From Chlorobiota bacterium (GTDB taxonomy: Bacteria > Bacteroidota > Bacteroidia > Bacteroidales > Prolixibacteraceae): 59,035 nt of DNA. Location: assembly GCA_013152355.1 (NCBI GenBank), contig JAADGO010000079.1:1-59035 (forward strand), read 5' to 3'. The notes beneath the pieces were generated by a model, which saw only the letters and a program-made list of their open reading frames with translations, had not been told where the DNA came from and searched no databases. Below, piece after piece: positions 46,557 to 55,626 of the stretch (its first letter is position 1; every line of letters begins with the position of its first letter). The position numbers and the translations under genes were made by a program.

Positions 46557-47960
46557 ATGATTAAAGAAAGTGAACCGGTACTGGAAAGGCTAATCGTTTT
46601 TTTCCAGGTATTGTTAACGTTGGCATGTTTCTTTTTCTCAATATGGCTTTCAGAATACTTTGGCAATACGTTGTCAATCGGCAATAAAGAATATTATGTA
46701 ATGGCATTCCTGATTGCACCTATATGGTTTGTATTGCTTGAATTATTTGAGCTGGGGGCAATGGCCAGGATACAACGCTTCAGGCATTTAATCAAGAAAT
46801 ACATTGGTGTTGTTGCAATAGGAATAACACTTCTGTTTGCTTTAACATTTTTACTTGATTACGACTCGTTGCCACGGTCAGTTTTTATTGTTTTTGCAAT
46901 TATAAATTTTATTGTTTTGTTCTCCCAAAAGGTACTGGGGCGGACTATCATGAAGTATTTCCGCAACCGTGGCTATAATACCAGGATGATTTTAATAATT
47001 GCCGATGACAGTTCTGTCAATTTTATTGAACAACTCAGGCAATCTCCTTATTGGGGCTACCTGATAGGTGGTATAATCACAAACTCTACCGTAATCAGTG
47101 AAAAATATAAAAACTTATACACAATAATTCCTGAGGATGAAGATTTTTCAAAGGTTATTGACGAGAAAGTTATTGATGAAGTTTTTTTCTGTAAAAATAA
47201 TTTTAAAACAAGCGAGGTTATAAAATTTGTTTCGATGTGCCGTGAGGTTGGCGTAATCTTCCATTTACACTCCGATGTTTTTAGTTTTAGCGGCTTACAC
47301 CCCCATTTAACATTCTTAAACCATCAATTCTTCCTGTCGTTCAGGAATACTCCGGAAAATTACCTTGCTTTTAAATTAAAGAGGGGTATTGATTACCTGC
47401 TGGCAATCATCGTGTTAATCCTGTTCTCGCCATTTATGCTGTTAATCTCTGTTTTAATAAAACTTGGCGATAGCGGGCCTGTATTTTTCAGGCAAACAAG
47501 AGTAGGTAAGCACGGCCGCCATTTTACCTGCCTGAAGTTCAGGACAATGGTTGTAAATGCTGAAGAGCTGAAAGGACAACTAATGAGCCAGAATGAGCAG
47601 GACGGGCCGGTATTCAAGATAAAAAAGGACCCGAGGGTCACAAAGATTGGCAAGTTCCTGCGAAAAACTTCTTTAGATGAAATGCCCCAATTCGTCAATG
47701 TTTTAATGGGCGATATGTCGATAGTAGGGCCTCGCCCGCCAATCCCGGAAGAGGTAAAACAATATAAGAGGAGTTTGAACCGCCGGTTAAGCGTCCCCCC
47801 GGGGATTACCTGTATATGGCAAATTTCGGGGCGTAATAATATCCCATTCAATAAATGGATGGAAATGGATATGCAATACATCGACAACTGGTCGTTAAAG
47901 CTTGATTTTATTATCATAGCGAAAACTTTCAGGCTTCTTTTTAATGGCAATGGCCAATAA
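46557..47960 (+). CDS. Initiating polyprenyl-phosphate glycosyl-1-phosphate transferase (WbaP/EpsB-type, Bac_transf domain)
   Basis: 467-aa ORF with N-terminal TM segments and the C-terminal motifs KRGIDYLLAI, GPVFFRQTRVG, FKFRTM-like (LKFRTM), DPRVTKIGKFLRKTSLDEMPQ and MSIVGPRP. Confidence 0.9.
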   Translation: MIKESEPVLERLIVFFQVLLTLACFFFSIWLSEYFGNTLSIGNKEYYVMAFLIAPIWFVLLELFELGAMARIQRFRHLIKKYIGVVAIGITLLFALTFLLDYDSLPRSVFIVFAIINFIVLFSQKVLGRTIMKYFRNRGYNTRMILIIADDSSVNFIEQLRQSPYWGYLIGGIITNSTVISEKYKNLYTIIPEDEDFSKVIDEKVIDEVFFCKNNFKTSEVIKFVSMCREVGVIFHLHSDVFSFSGLHPHLTFLNHQFFLSFRNTPENYLAFKLKRGIDYLLAIIVLILFSPFMLLISVLIKLGDSGPVFFRQTRVGKHGRHFTCLKFRTMVVNAEELKGQLMSQNEQDGPVFKIKKDPRVTKIGKFLRKTSLDEMPQFVNVLMGDMSIVGPRPPIPEEVKQYKRSLNRRLSVPPGITCIWQISGRNNIPFNKWMEMDMQYIDNWSLKLDFIIIAKTFRLLFNGNGQ

Positions 47961-47967
47961 AAAGAAT

Positions 47968-47983
47968 TTAGAGACTGTTTAAA
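47968..47983 (+). repeat. 16-mer TTAGAGACTGTTTAAA (copy 2 of 2)
   Basis: Begins 8 nt after the stop of the sugar transferase gene. It is identical to 45204-45219. Confidence 0.8.
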
Positions 47984-48029
47984 AATTCATAAATTAATTC
48001 CAGCCAAATGGTTATTAATAATAGATAAA

Positions 48030-48422
48030 ATGAAGGGCATAGTAAATATGGAGTCGCACACCAGGTTCCACCCATGCTTGCCAAAATGTAAACCGGCAGA
48101 AGCAAAAAAGGAGATTCTTGAATCAAAAACGATACTTGAAAAAGAGTTTAATTTGGGTATCAATGCTATTTCATACCCCAACGGCGATTACTCCGAGCGC
48201 GAAATAGCTTATTCTAAAGAGGCTGGCTACAAATGTGGCTTAACGGTTGATTTTGGGTTTAATTCAATCAAATCAGACTTGTTCAGGTTAAAGAGGCTCT
48301 GTGTTAACGATGCTGACGACATCAATGAGTTAATAGTGAAAGCCAGTGGCGTTTGGGACTTTTTCAAAACACTGAATGGGAAAAGGCAAAAGTTTGGCTG
48401 GACAGATAATATTGTACAATAA
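48030..48422 (+). CDS. Polysaccharide deacetylase (CE4) C-terminal fragment lacking the N-terminal catalytic motif
   Basis: 130-aa ORF that begins at the CE4 H-S/T-x-x-H motif (MESHTRFHP) and continues with ISYPNGDY. The TFDDG-type motif 1 region is absent and only 69 nt separate it from the upstream gene. Confidence 0.6.
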   Translation: MKGIVNMESHTRFHPCLPKCKPAEAKKEILESKTILEKEFNLGINAISYPNGDYSEREIAYSKEAGYKCGLTVDFGFNSIKSDLFRLKRLCVNDADDINELIVKASGVWDFFKTLNGKRQKFGWTDNIVQ

Positions 48423-48449
48423 TGAATAAAAAAACATAAAACTTATACA

Positions 48450-49238
48450 ATGAAAAAAACAACTTTTTTCCCGATTATACTTCTTGGGGTGCTTTTACTC
48501 TCCTCATGTAAGTTGCCAAGAGACCTGGTATATTTCCAGGATTTAGCGAATAACCAAACGCTGTTTGGGTCGTCCGTAAAAGTACCTTACTACAAAATCA
48601 GGCCTTTTGATAATTTGTATATCAATATCCAGACATTGGATACTGATGTAAACCAGCTTTTTAACCCAAGCCAGGGGAACAATTTCTTTTCGGGCACCCA
48701 GCAAATGTATGGCGATTTGTCATCGCAATACATCAATGGCTACCTGGTTGAAGCTGACGGAACCATATCATTCCCTATCATTGGCATAATCACCGTTTCA
48801 GGGTTAACGCTGATCGAAGCCCAAAATCGTATTAAAGCCAGGGCAATGGAATATTTAAAAGAACCCATGGTAAAAGTGAAAATTTTAAGTTTCAAGGTTA
48901 ACGTAACCGGCGAAGTGCGTAACCCGGGGCTTTACTACAATTACCAGGGCAAAATAAATGTATTAGAGGCTATTAGCATGGCAGGCGGAATCACCGACTT
49001 TGCTAAGATTGATAATGTAGTGGTCATAAGGCAGGGTAAATTCAACACTCATACACATACCCTTGATTTTACCAGTAAACGTGTATTTGAGTCGGATGCC
49101 TTCTATTTGCAGCCTAATGATTTAGTTTATATCCCTCCACGCCCGAGTAAAAACACACAGATTAATGCATCAACCTATTCTCTTGGGCTTTCTGCAATTT
49201 CTACAATCTTAATTGTATTTGGATTTATTGGTTTATAG
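48450..49238 (+). CDS. wza: Polysaccharide export outer-membrane protein (Wza family)
   Basis: Lipobox LLLSSC, Poly_export motif (YKIRPFDNLYINI) and SLBB-like region (VTGEVRNPGLY...VLEAISMAGGIT). Confidence 0.85.
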   Translation: MKKTTFFPIILLGVLLLSSCKLPRDLVYFQDLANNQTLFGSSVKVPYYKIRPFDNLYINIQTLDTDVNQLFNPSQGNNFFSGTQQMYGDLSSQYINGYLVEADGTISFPIIGIITVSGLTLIEAQNRIKARAMEYLKEPMVKVKILSFKVNVTGEVRNPGLYYNYQGKINVLEAISMAGGITDFAKIDNVVVIRQGKFNTHTHTLDFTSKRVFESDAFYLQPNDLVYIPPRPSKNTQINASTYSLGLSAISTILIVFGFIGL

Positions 49239-49275
49239 GACTTCATAGAATGGTATATTTTAAAACCCGTTTATA

Positions 49276-51618
49276 ATGGAAAAATTTGAAGATTTTATTT
49301 ATTCTCTTGAAACAATGGAGAAAGAGAACCTGCGGAAAGGATATATGAAATACCTGAAAAGGTGGCCATGGTTTGCAGTATTTTGTTTTGCAGGGCTGGC
49401 AGTGAGCCTGCTGGCTTACAAAACTACGCCGCCTACATATAAACTGGAAAGCCGCCTTCTGATCTACGGGGAGAATAACTCCCTCAGTTCGGAAGTAACT
49501 TTCGATGACCACCCCTATTACGAAAAAGGGAATATTGACGACCAGGTCGGAATTTTGCATTCATATTCAATATTCAGGAAAACAGTAGAAAACCTGGGCT
49601 GGCAAATAACATGGTACCAAAATAACCTGCTGTCAAAAAAAGAGTTATACAAAAACGACCCCTTTGAAGTTATTCCCCTGGAAGGAGCTGAGAATTATAA
49701 AAATATTTTGCTGTATATCACGGCACTGAACAGTGAGGAATATATAATCTCTGCCGATACAGAAATAAAAATCAATGGTAAAAAGGAGAAAATAAAATTT
49801 GAACAGAAGTGTAAATTTAATTCACCCTTTGAGCATCCTTTTTTCCACTTTACAGTCAAATATATAAATGGGAAGCCCGGGGAGAAATACTCTTTTAAAT
49901 TTAACCAGCCGAGCCAAATAGCCTTGACTTATTTGAAAAAGGTCAAAATTGATATTAAAAATGAGAAATCGAATTTAGTTTACTTAAAATCAGAGGGGGA
50001 GATCCCGCAAAAAGAAGCAGATTTCCTGAATGAACTGAATAAAGTATTCATTCAGTTCAAAATGGAAAAGAAAAGCCAGAGTTCAAAGAAATCGGTTGAC
50101 TTCATTGAGGCGCAATCAAAAGAAGTAAAAAAATCATTGCAAGCTGCCGAAGAGAGGGTTAATAACTACCGCAAGCATAATAAAGCGATGAATGTGAGCC
50201 AGGAGGCTAATTTAATATATGAAAAACTGGCTGATATAGAGAATGAACAATTTTTAGCCAGCCAGCGGTTAAGTTTTTATAAAAACCTACAGGACAACCT
50301 GGACGATTCGCAAATGATAGGGCAACTGGGCAACCCATCGGCAGTCGGTATTAATGATGACGGCTTAAATACTTTGCTGAACAAACTCATTGAACTATAC
50401 AACAAACGTGAGATACTGTCATTAACCGTCCAGAAAAAGAGCCCTAATTATATCCATCTGGAAAAAGAAATTGAGTTGACGGTCAATAGTTTGAAAAAAA
50501 GCCTGCATAACCTGATCCGGGATGCCGAAAGGGATACGCAAAGCATCAACAACCGTTTTAACACCATACAGGCCAGGTTAGCAAAATTACCTGAAACCGA
50601 AAAGAGGCTGGTCGACATACAGAGGGATTTTGAAGTTAAGAATGAGCTGTACAATTTCCTGATAAAGAAAAAAGCAGAAGCTTCAATCTTACAGGCATCT
50701 ATTGCCCCGCAAGCAAAAGTTATTGACCCGGCCCTGGTTGAAACCGCAGTCAGGGTAGGCCCTGTGCTGATTTTTTATTTATTCGGCGGGATTGTATTGG
50801 GATTCCTGATCCCTTTTATTTTCATCACGGTAATCGGATTTTTCGACAACAGTATTGCATCGCTGGAAGAAATTGAGAAAGAAAGTAAGATACCTGTATT
50901 AGATGGTATAATCCACCATAAATACAAGGTAAAACTGCCTGTGATAGAACATCCGCGCTCAGGGATCGCCGAATCGTTCCGCGGGCTAAAAGTAAACCTG
51001 CAAGAAGTCCTAAACCAACCTGGCAGCAAGGTTATTTCAATAAATTCACTACTCCCCAAAGAGGGGAAGTCTTTCATTTCTACAAACTTTGCAGCCATTT
51101 TAGCAATGTACAATAAAAAAGTGCTACTGGTTGGTGCAGATTTGCATAAACCCAGCATCCATTTGTTTATCGGAGAAAAATCGGATACCGGGCTTAGCTC
51201 TTTCCTGGATAACCAAACCAGTTTTGAGGAGATTATCCAGCCAACCCAGGTAACGAATTTATCCCTCATACAGGCCGGGGCGTCCCGGTCAAACCCTTCC
51301 GGGCTTTTCGACAACGGGCGGCTGGAAGAATTCTTTAACAGGGCACGCGCAGCATTCGACTATATTGTTTTAGACAATGCCCCGGTCTTATTGATTCCTA
51401 ATGCAATTGTTATCAACCAGTTTGCAGATGTTAATTTATTCATTTTACGGTTAAACCAAAGCCATAAAGACCAGATAAAACAAATTAATAAGATAGTAGA
51501 ATTTAACAAGATTAAGCAGGCTTCAATCTTAGTAAATGATGTGCCGCACAAGGGGTATGGTTATGCACACAAGTACTGGAAACAAGGCTATGGGGATGTA
51601 GGAAGCGATAATAAATAG
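49276..51618 (+). CDS. wzc: Polysaccharide co-polymerase/tyrosine autokinase (Wzc/GumC type)
   Basis: 780-aa ORF with a Wzz domain, coiled coils, a second TM, a Walker A-like motif (SLLPKEGKSFIS), Walker B-like VLDNAPV, and a Tyr-rich tail (HKGYGYAHKYWKQGYG). Confidence 0.85.
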   Translation: MEKFEDFIYSLETMEKENLRKGYMKYLKRWPWFAVFCFAGLAVSLLAYKTTPPTYKLESRLLIYGENNSLSSEVTFDDHPYYEKGNIDDQVGILHSYSIFRKTVENLGWQITWYQNNLLSKKELYKNDPFEVIPLEGAENYKNILLYITALNSEEYIISADTEIKINGKKEKIKFEQKCKFNSPFEHPFFHFTVKYINGKPGEKYSFKFNQPSQIALTYLKKVKIDIKNEKSNLVYLKSEGEIPQKEADFLNELNKVFIQFKMEKKSQSSKKSVDFIEAQSKEVKKSLQAAEERVNNYRKHNKAMNVSQEANLIYEKLADIENEQFLASQRLSFYKNLQDNLDDSQMIGQLGNPSAVGINDDGLNTLLNKLIELYNKREILSLTVQKKSPNYIHLEKEIELTVNSLKKSLHNLIRDAERDTQSINNRFNTIQARLAKLPETEKRLVDIQRDFEVKNELYNFLIKKKAEASILQASIAPQAKVIDPALVETAVRVGPVLIFYLFGGIVLGFLIPFIFITVIGFFDNSIASLEEIEKESKIPVLDGIIHHKYKVKLPVIEHPRSGIAESFRGLKVNLQEVLNQPGSKVISINSLLPKEGKSFISTNFAAILAMYNKKVLLVGADLHKPSIHLFIGEKSDTGLSSFLDNQTSFEEIIQPTQVTNLSLIQAGASRSNPSGLFDNGRLEEFFNRARAAFDYIVLDNAPVLLIPNAIVINQFADVNLFILRLNQSHKDQIKQINKIVEFNKIKQASILVNDVPHKGYGYAHKYWKQGYGDVGSDNK

Positions 51619-51702
51619 CCCGGGCTTGCAATAAAATGAAATATAGCATACATTGCGGTTGAATAGTATCCCCGGCAACGGGGTAATAAATATTTTTCTT
51701 CG

Positions 51703-52068
51703 ATGATGGATTCTGATAAATTAGTAATTGCTGTTGATTTTGATGGTACGATAGTAGAACATAAATACCCCAAGATTGGGGCTGAGATCCCTCATGCCCT
51801 CGACACATTGAAAATGTTGAAAGAGCAGGGGCACACGCTGATCCTATGGACCTTCCGTTCGGGGAAAGAACTGGAGAAAGCAATTAAATTCTGTAAAAAA
51901 AGAGGGTTTGAATTCCATGCCGTAAACAACAATTCGCCTGGCGAAACCTATGACCATACTTATAGCAGGAAAATATACGCCGACCTGTATATTGACGACC
52001 GCAATATCCTTGGCATACCTGATTGGGCAACAATATATGAAATAGTAAATTCCAAGGTTAAACCATAA
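51703..52068 (+). CDS. Small HAD-superfamily-like hydrolase (121 aa)
   Basis: The DxDGT motif in VIAVDFDGTIVEH, and a later acidic motif (LYIDDRN). Confidence 0.55.
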   Translation: MMDSDKLVIAVDFDGTIVEHKYPKIGAEIPHALDTLKMLKEQGHTLILWTFRSGKELEKAIKFCKKRGFEFHAVNNNSPGETYDHTYSRKIYADLYIDDRNILGIPDWATIYEIVNSKVKP

Positions 52069-52097
52069 TCATTCAATAATATAAAAATATCAAACCA

Positions 52098-53078
52098 GTG
52101 AACACACAAAAATTCTCAGAAGATATCCTTGTTATCAAAGATATCGAATCGGAAGTGGATTCGGTAACAAGGAAATTAAAGGAAGGCATATTAACAGTCC
52201 TTAGGCGGAAGGGTGCCATTATTGGCATTAGCGGTGGGATTGATTCATCGGTAACACTGGCTTTAGCTGTAAAGGCTTTAGGCCCCGAACGGGTAATAGG
52301 GGTAATGCTCCCCGAAAAGGACTCAAGTGAAGACAGCAAGCTATTGGCCCAGGGCCTGGCACAAAAATTTGGAGTTCAAACAATTGAAGAAGATATAACA
52401 AAAGCCCTTGACGGGTTTGGGTGTTACAATCGCAGAGACGAGGCTGTAGCCGCGGTATTCCCCGAGTACAACCCTGCCGAATACAAAATGAAGATAGGTG
52501 TTAGCCAAAAGGGGATCAACCAAAACCTCCCTCCTCTTTTTTCACTGACGATTGTCGATAAAAATGGGCAGGGGAAAAGTAAACTACTCCCATTAAAGGA
52601 ATACCTGCAGATTGTAGCAGCATCTAACTTTAAGCAGCGATGCCGTATGTCGATGCTTTATTACCATGCCGAACGGATGCATTATGCAGTAGTTGGCACA
52701 CCAAACAAGCACGAAGTAGAACAAGGTTTTTTTGTGAAGCATGGGGATGGCGGTGCCGATATAATGCCTATTGCCCATTTATATAAATCCCAGGTTTACC
52801 AGATGGCTGATTACCTGGGGATCCCCGGGGAGATTATCGAACGTACCCCAACCACCGATACGTATTCAGCCGAGCAAACCCAGGAAGAGTTTTTCTTCCA
52901 GTTGCCCTTCAACGAAATGGATATGATCTGGTATGGGTATGAGAATGGTTATGAACCTGCTGAAATAGCCAGGGTATTGAAGATGGGAGAGGATGAAATT
53001 AAATCGGCCTATAAGAATTTCAACCGTAAACAGAAAACAACTGAATACCTTAGAATGCCACCTATTAAAGATTTTTAA
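52098..53078 (+). CDS. NadE-like PP-loop ATP pyrophosphatase (NAD+ synthetase family, single domain, with an internal insertion)
   Basis: 326-aa ORF with a GTG start. It carries the PP-loop GISGGIDSS and a NadE-like C-terminal half (NFKQRCRMSMLYYHAE...VVGTPNKHEVEQGFFVKHGDGGADIMPI..LYKSQVY). An extra segment of about 45 aa (EYKMKIG...LPLKEY) is present. Confidence 0.7.
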   Translation: MNTQKFSEDILVIKDIESEVDSVTRKLKEGILTVLRRKGAIIGISGGIDSSVTLALAVKALGPERVIGVMLPEKDSSEDSKLLAQGLAQKFGVQTIEEDITKALDGFGCYNRRDEAVAAVFPEYNPAEYKMKIGVSQKGINQNLPPLFSLTIVDKNGQGKSKLLPLKEYLQIVAASNFKQRCRMSMLYYHAERMHYAVVGTPNKHEVEQGFFVKHGDGGADIMPIAHLYKSQVYQMADYLGIPGEIIERTPTTDTYSAEQTQEEFFFQLPFNEMDMIWYGYENGYEPAEIARVLKMGEDEIKSAYKNFNRKQKTTEYLRMPPIKDF

Positions 53079-53089
53079 ATAGTATCCAG

Positions 53090-54655
53090 ATGATTCAAAT
53101 ACCTCAACGTTTACTGGGAGAAGCATTGTTGCGTTCGGCCGGGAAGAACCCGTCAAAGGCAGCAATAATCTTTAAAGGCAAGGAATATTCATATTCCCTA
53201 CTGAAAGAAAGCTCTGAGAAACTTGCCTGCCATATTGCCGCTGCCGGGATAAAAAAGGGAGACCGGGTAGCTATTTATATGAATAATTCATGGCAATGCA
53301 TTGTTTCAATATACGGGGCTATTTTAGCAGGTGCTGTTTTCCTTGTTATCAACCCGCAAACAAAAGCAAAAAAATTACAATATATTTTAAATGATAGCGG
53401 TGCAAAGGTGCTGATCTCAGAAATCCTGCTTAAACAGGAGTTCTCTAATGCTTTAGAAGGCACAGAATCTGTCAGGGAAGTCATCATTACCGGTGTAACA
53501 GGTGAAATCATTCAAAAGCCGGATTACAATTTGTCGGCTTTTGAGACTATTATCCAGGGCAATTGCACCAATGCGGGCCTTCCGGATATCATTCCCAACG
53601 ACCTTGCTGCTTTGATATATACTTCGGGCAGCACGGGGTTTCCAAAAGGGGTTATGATGACACACCAATCAATGGTTTTTATTTCGTGGAGCCTTATACA
53701 GTATTTAAGGCTGACAGAAGATGAGCGTATAATGTTGCTTTTGCCACTGGCATTTGATTACGGGCTATACCAGCTATTTATGGCAATAACTGTGGGAGGT
53801 ACGCTAATTGTTGAGCAATCATTCACATTCCCTGCCACCATATACAATCATATTGAGCAATTCAAGCCAACCGTATTTCCGGCAGTACCTACTATTTACG
53901 CAATGATGATAGCCTCCAACAAAGAAACAGGGATTTCATTCGACAGCATAAAAAAAATAACAAATACTGCCGCAGCATTGCCGGCAGAGGTTATTCCCGA
54001 CTTAAAAAAATTATTCCCCAATGCACTGATTTTTAAGATGTATGGATTAACAGAATGCAAAAGGGTTTGCTACCTCGAACCTGAACTGATTGATTTAAAA
54101 CCGGCATCTGTTGGCAAAGCAATCCCCGGCACCGAGGTATTCCTCTTATCACCCGAAGGAGGGCCGGTGCCAACAGGCAAACCGGGGATTTTACATATCC
54201 GTGGGCCTCACGTTATGGCGGGGTATTGGAATAACCATAAAGCAACAGCGGAGATGCTTAAACCGGGCAAGATCCCCGGCGAAAGAATACTATGTTCCAA
54301 CGACTGGTTTAAAATGGACGAAGAGGGATTCCTGTATTTCCAGGGGAGGAATGATGATATTATTAAAACCAGGGGGGAGAAAGTAAGCCCGATTGAGATT
54401 GAAAATATTATTTATAAAGTAAAAGGCATAAAAGAGGTGGCAGTAATTGGTGTCAGGGATAATATCCTGGGGGAATCAATAGCGGCTTTTGTTACTACCC
54501 ATGATTATGCGCAACCGGACGAGAAAGTAATTCAAAAACAATGTATAACCCACCTGGAACTGTTTATGGTTCCTCAAAAAATTATTTTTTTAAAAGAAAT
54601 GCCCAAAAGCACAAACGGGAAAATTGATAAGAAAGAATTGTATAACTACCTCTAA
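53090..54655 (+). CDS. Adenylate-forming enzyme (AMP-binding superfamily; acyl/aminoacyl-carrier ligase, DltA-like role)
   Basis: 521-aa ORF with core motifs LIYTSGSTGFPKGV, YGLTE, WFKMDEEGFLYFQGRNDDIIKTRGEKVSPIEIE and STNGKIDKKEL. Confidence 0.85.
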   Translation: MIQIPQRLLGEALLRSAGKNPSKAAIIFKGKEYSYSLLKESSEKLACHIAAAGIKKGDRVAIYMNNSWQCIVSIYGAILAGAVFLVINPQTKAKKLQYILNDSGAKVLISEILLKQEFSNALEGTESVREVIITGVTGEIIQKPDYNLSAFETIIQGNCTNAGLPDIIPNDLAALIYTSGSTGFPKGVMMTHQSMVFISWSLIQYLRLTEDERIMLLLPLAFDYGLYQLFMAITVGGTLIVEQSFTFPATIYNHIEQFKPTVFPAVPTIYAMMIASNKETGISFDSIKKITNTAAALPAEVIPDLKKLFPNALIFKMYGLTECKRVCYLEPELIDLKPASVGKAIPGTEVFLLSPEGGPVPTGKPGILHIRGPHVMAGYWNNHKATAEMLKPGKIPGERILCSNDWFKMDEEGFLYFQGRNDDIIKTRGEKVSPIEIENIIYKVKGIKEVAVIGVRDNILGESIAAFVTTHDYAQPDEKVIQKQCITHLELFMVPQKIIFLKEMPKSTNGKIDKKELYNYL

Positions 54656-54659
54656 AACT

Positions 54660-55559
54660 ATGTTTAAAGAAGAAATTTTCAACAAAATAAAAGGTGGCCT
54701 GGCAACAAAACTCCAGCTTCCTGAAGATAAACCGGAAGAAACCATAGACTCTAATTTAAAAGCACTTTGGTTTACTGCTGCCGGGCAACCCAAGTCGGCC
54801 GAAAAAGCTGCCGGATTGCCACTCCCTGACATAACAGAACAGCAGATAAAAGTATTTCACCAACTAGTTGAAAAAAGGCTAAATAATACACCGCTTGCCT
54901 ACATTACAGGGCGGCAATGTTTTATGGATATTGAATTATTAGCTGACAACAGGGCATTAATCCCCAGGAAAGAAACCGAAATATTAGGCAGGAAAGCTGT
55001 AGACGTATGCACCCGGGCAGCCCTGTTAAAACAAGAAGTCAAGGTTATTGATGTCTGCTGTGGAGCCGGGAACCTGGCATTAGCCCTGGCGCATTATACC
55101 CCGGCTACTATTGTTAATGCAAGCGACCTGTCACAAGAAGCAGTTGACCTTACACAGGAGAATATTGCTAAATTAAACTTCGGGCACCGTGTACAGGTTA
55201 CACAGGGCGATTTATTCTCGGCTTTTGAAACAGACGGGTTTTATGAGAAAACAGATTTGATTGTTTGCAACCCTCCATATATTTCAAGTGCGAAAGTTGG
55301 GAAGATACATGCCGAGATTTCAGCAAACGAGCCCACTTTAGCTTTTGATGGGGGTATGTTAGGGATAAACCTAATTCAAAACCTGATCAGGGAAGCTTCG
55401 AAATTTTTAACAAAAACAGGATGGTTATTGTTTGAGGTTGGAGTCGGGCAAGGTAGGTTTATTATGAATATATGCGAAAACATGCAGGAATACGATAAAA
55501 TTGAATCAGTATCCGATAATTTAGGCAATATCAGGGTGATATGCGCAAGGAAGAAATAA
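54660..55559 (+). CDS. HemK/PrmC-like N5-glutamine (amide-N) methyltransferase homolog with an NPPY motif
   Basis: PLAYITGRQCFMDIELLADNRALIPRKETE, SAM motif VIDVCCGAGNLAL, and catalytic VCNPPYISS. The ATG at 54660 lies 4 nt after the ligase stop, whereas the track's TTG start at 54624 would overlap the ligase. Confidence 0.75.
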   Translation: MFKEEIFNKIKGGLATKLQLPEDKPEETIDSNLKALWFTAAGQPKSAEKAAGLPLPDITEQQIKVFHQLVEKRLNNTPLAYITGRQCFMDIELLADNRALIPRKETEILGRKAVDVCTRAALLKQEVKVIDVCCGAGNLALALAHYTPATIVNASDLSQEAVDLTQENIAKLNFGHRVQVTQGDLFSAFETDGFYEKTDLIVCNPPYISSAKVGKIHAEISANEPTLAFDGGMLGINLIQNLIREASKFLTKTGWLLFEVGVGQGRFIMNICENMQEYDKIESVSDNLGNIRVICARKK

Positions 55560-55626
55560 CCTTCCAAAAATAGATTTCAAACAGCTTTTAAGACTATTTT
55601 TATAAATTATTTCTTTTGAAATTCTT

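Noticed and set aside
47393-47950. The 185-aa minus-strand ORF; likewise 50775-51314 (179 aa) and 51512-51883 (123 aa)
   Set aside because: They are antisense to the well-supported sugar transferase and wzc genes, or span the wzc/HAD gap, and have no motifs. They are shadow ORFs.
54624-54659. The TTG start at 54624 for the methyltransferase, and the start at 56979 for the exported partner protein
   Set aside because: Both would create long overlaps with the upstream genes (32 nt and 91 nt). ATGs at 54660 and 57105 give compact spacing and, for the latter, a proper signal peptide at the N-terminus.
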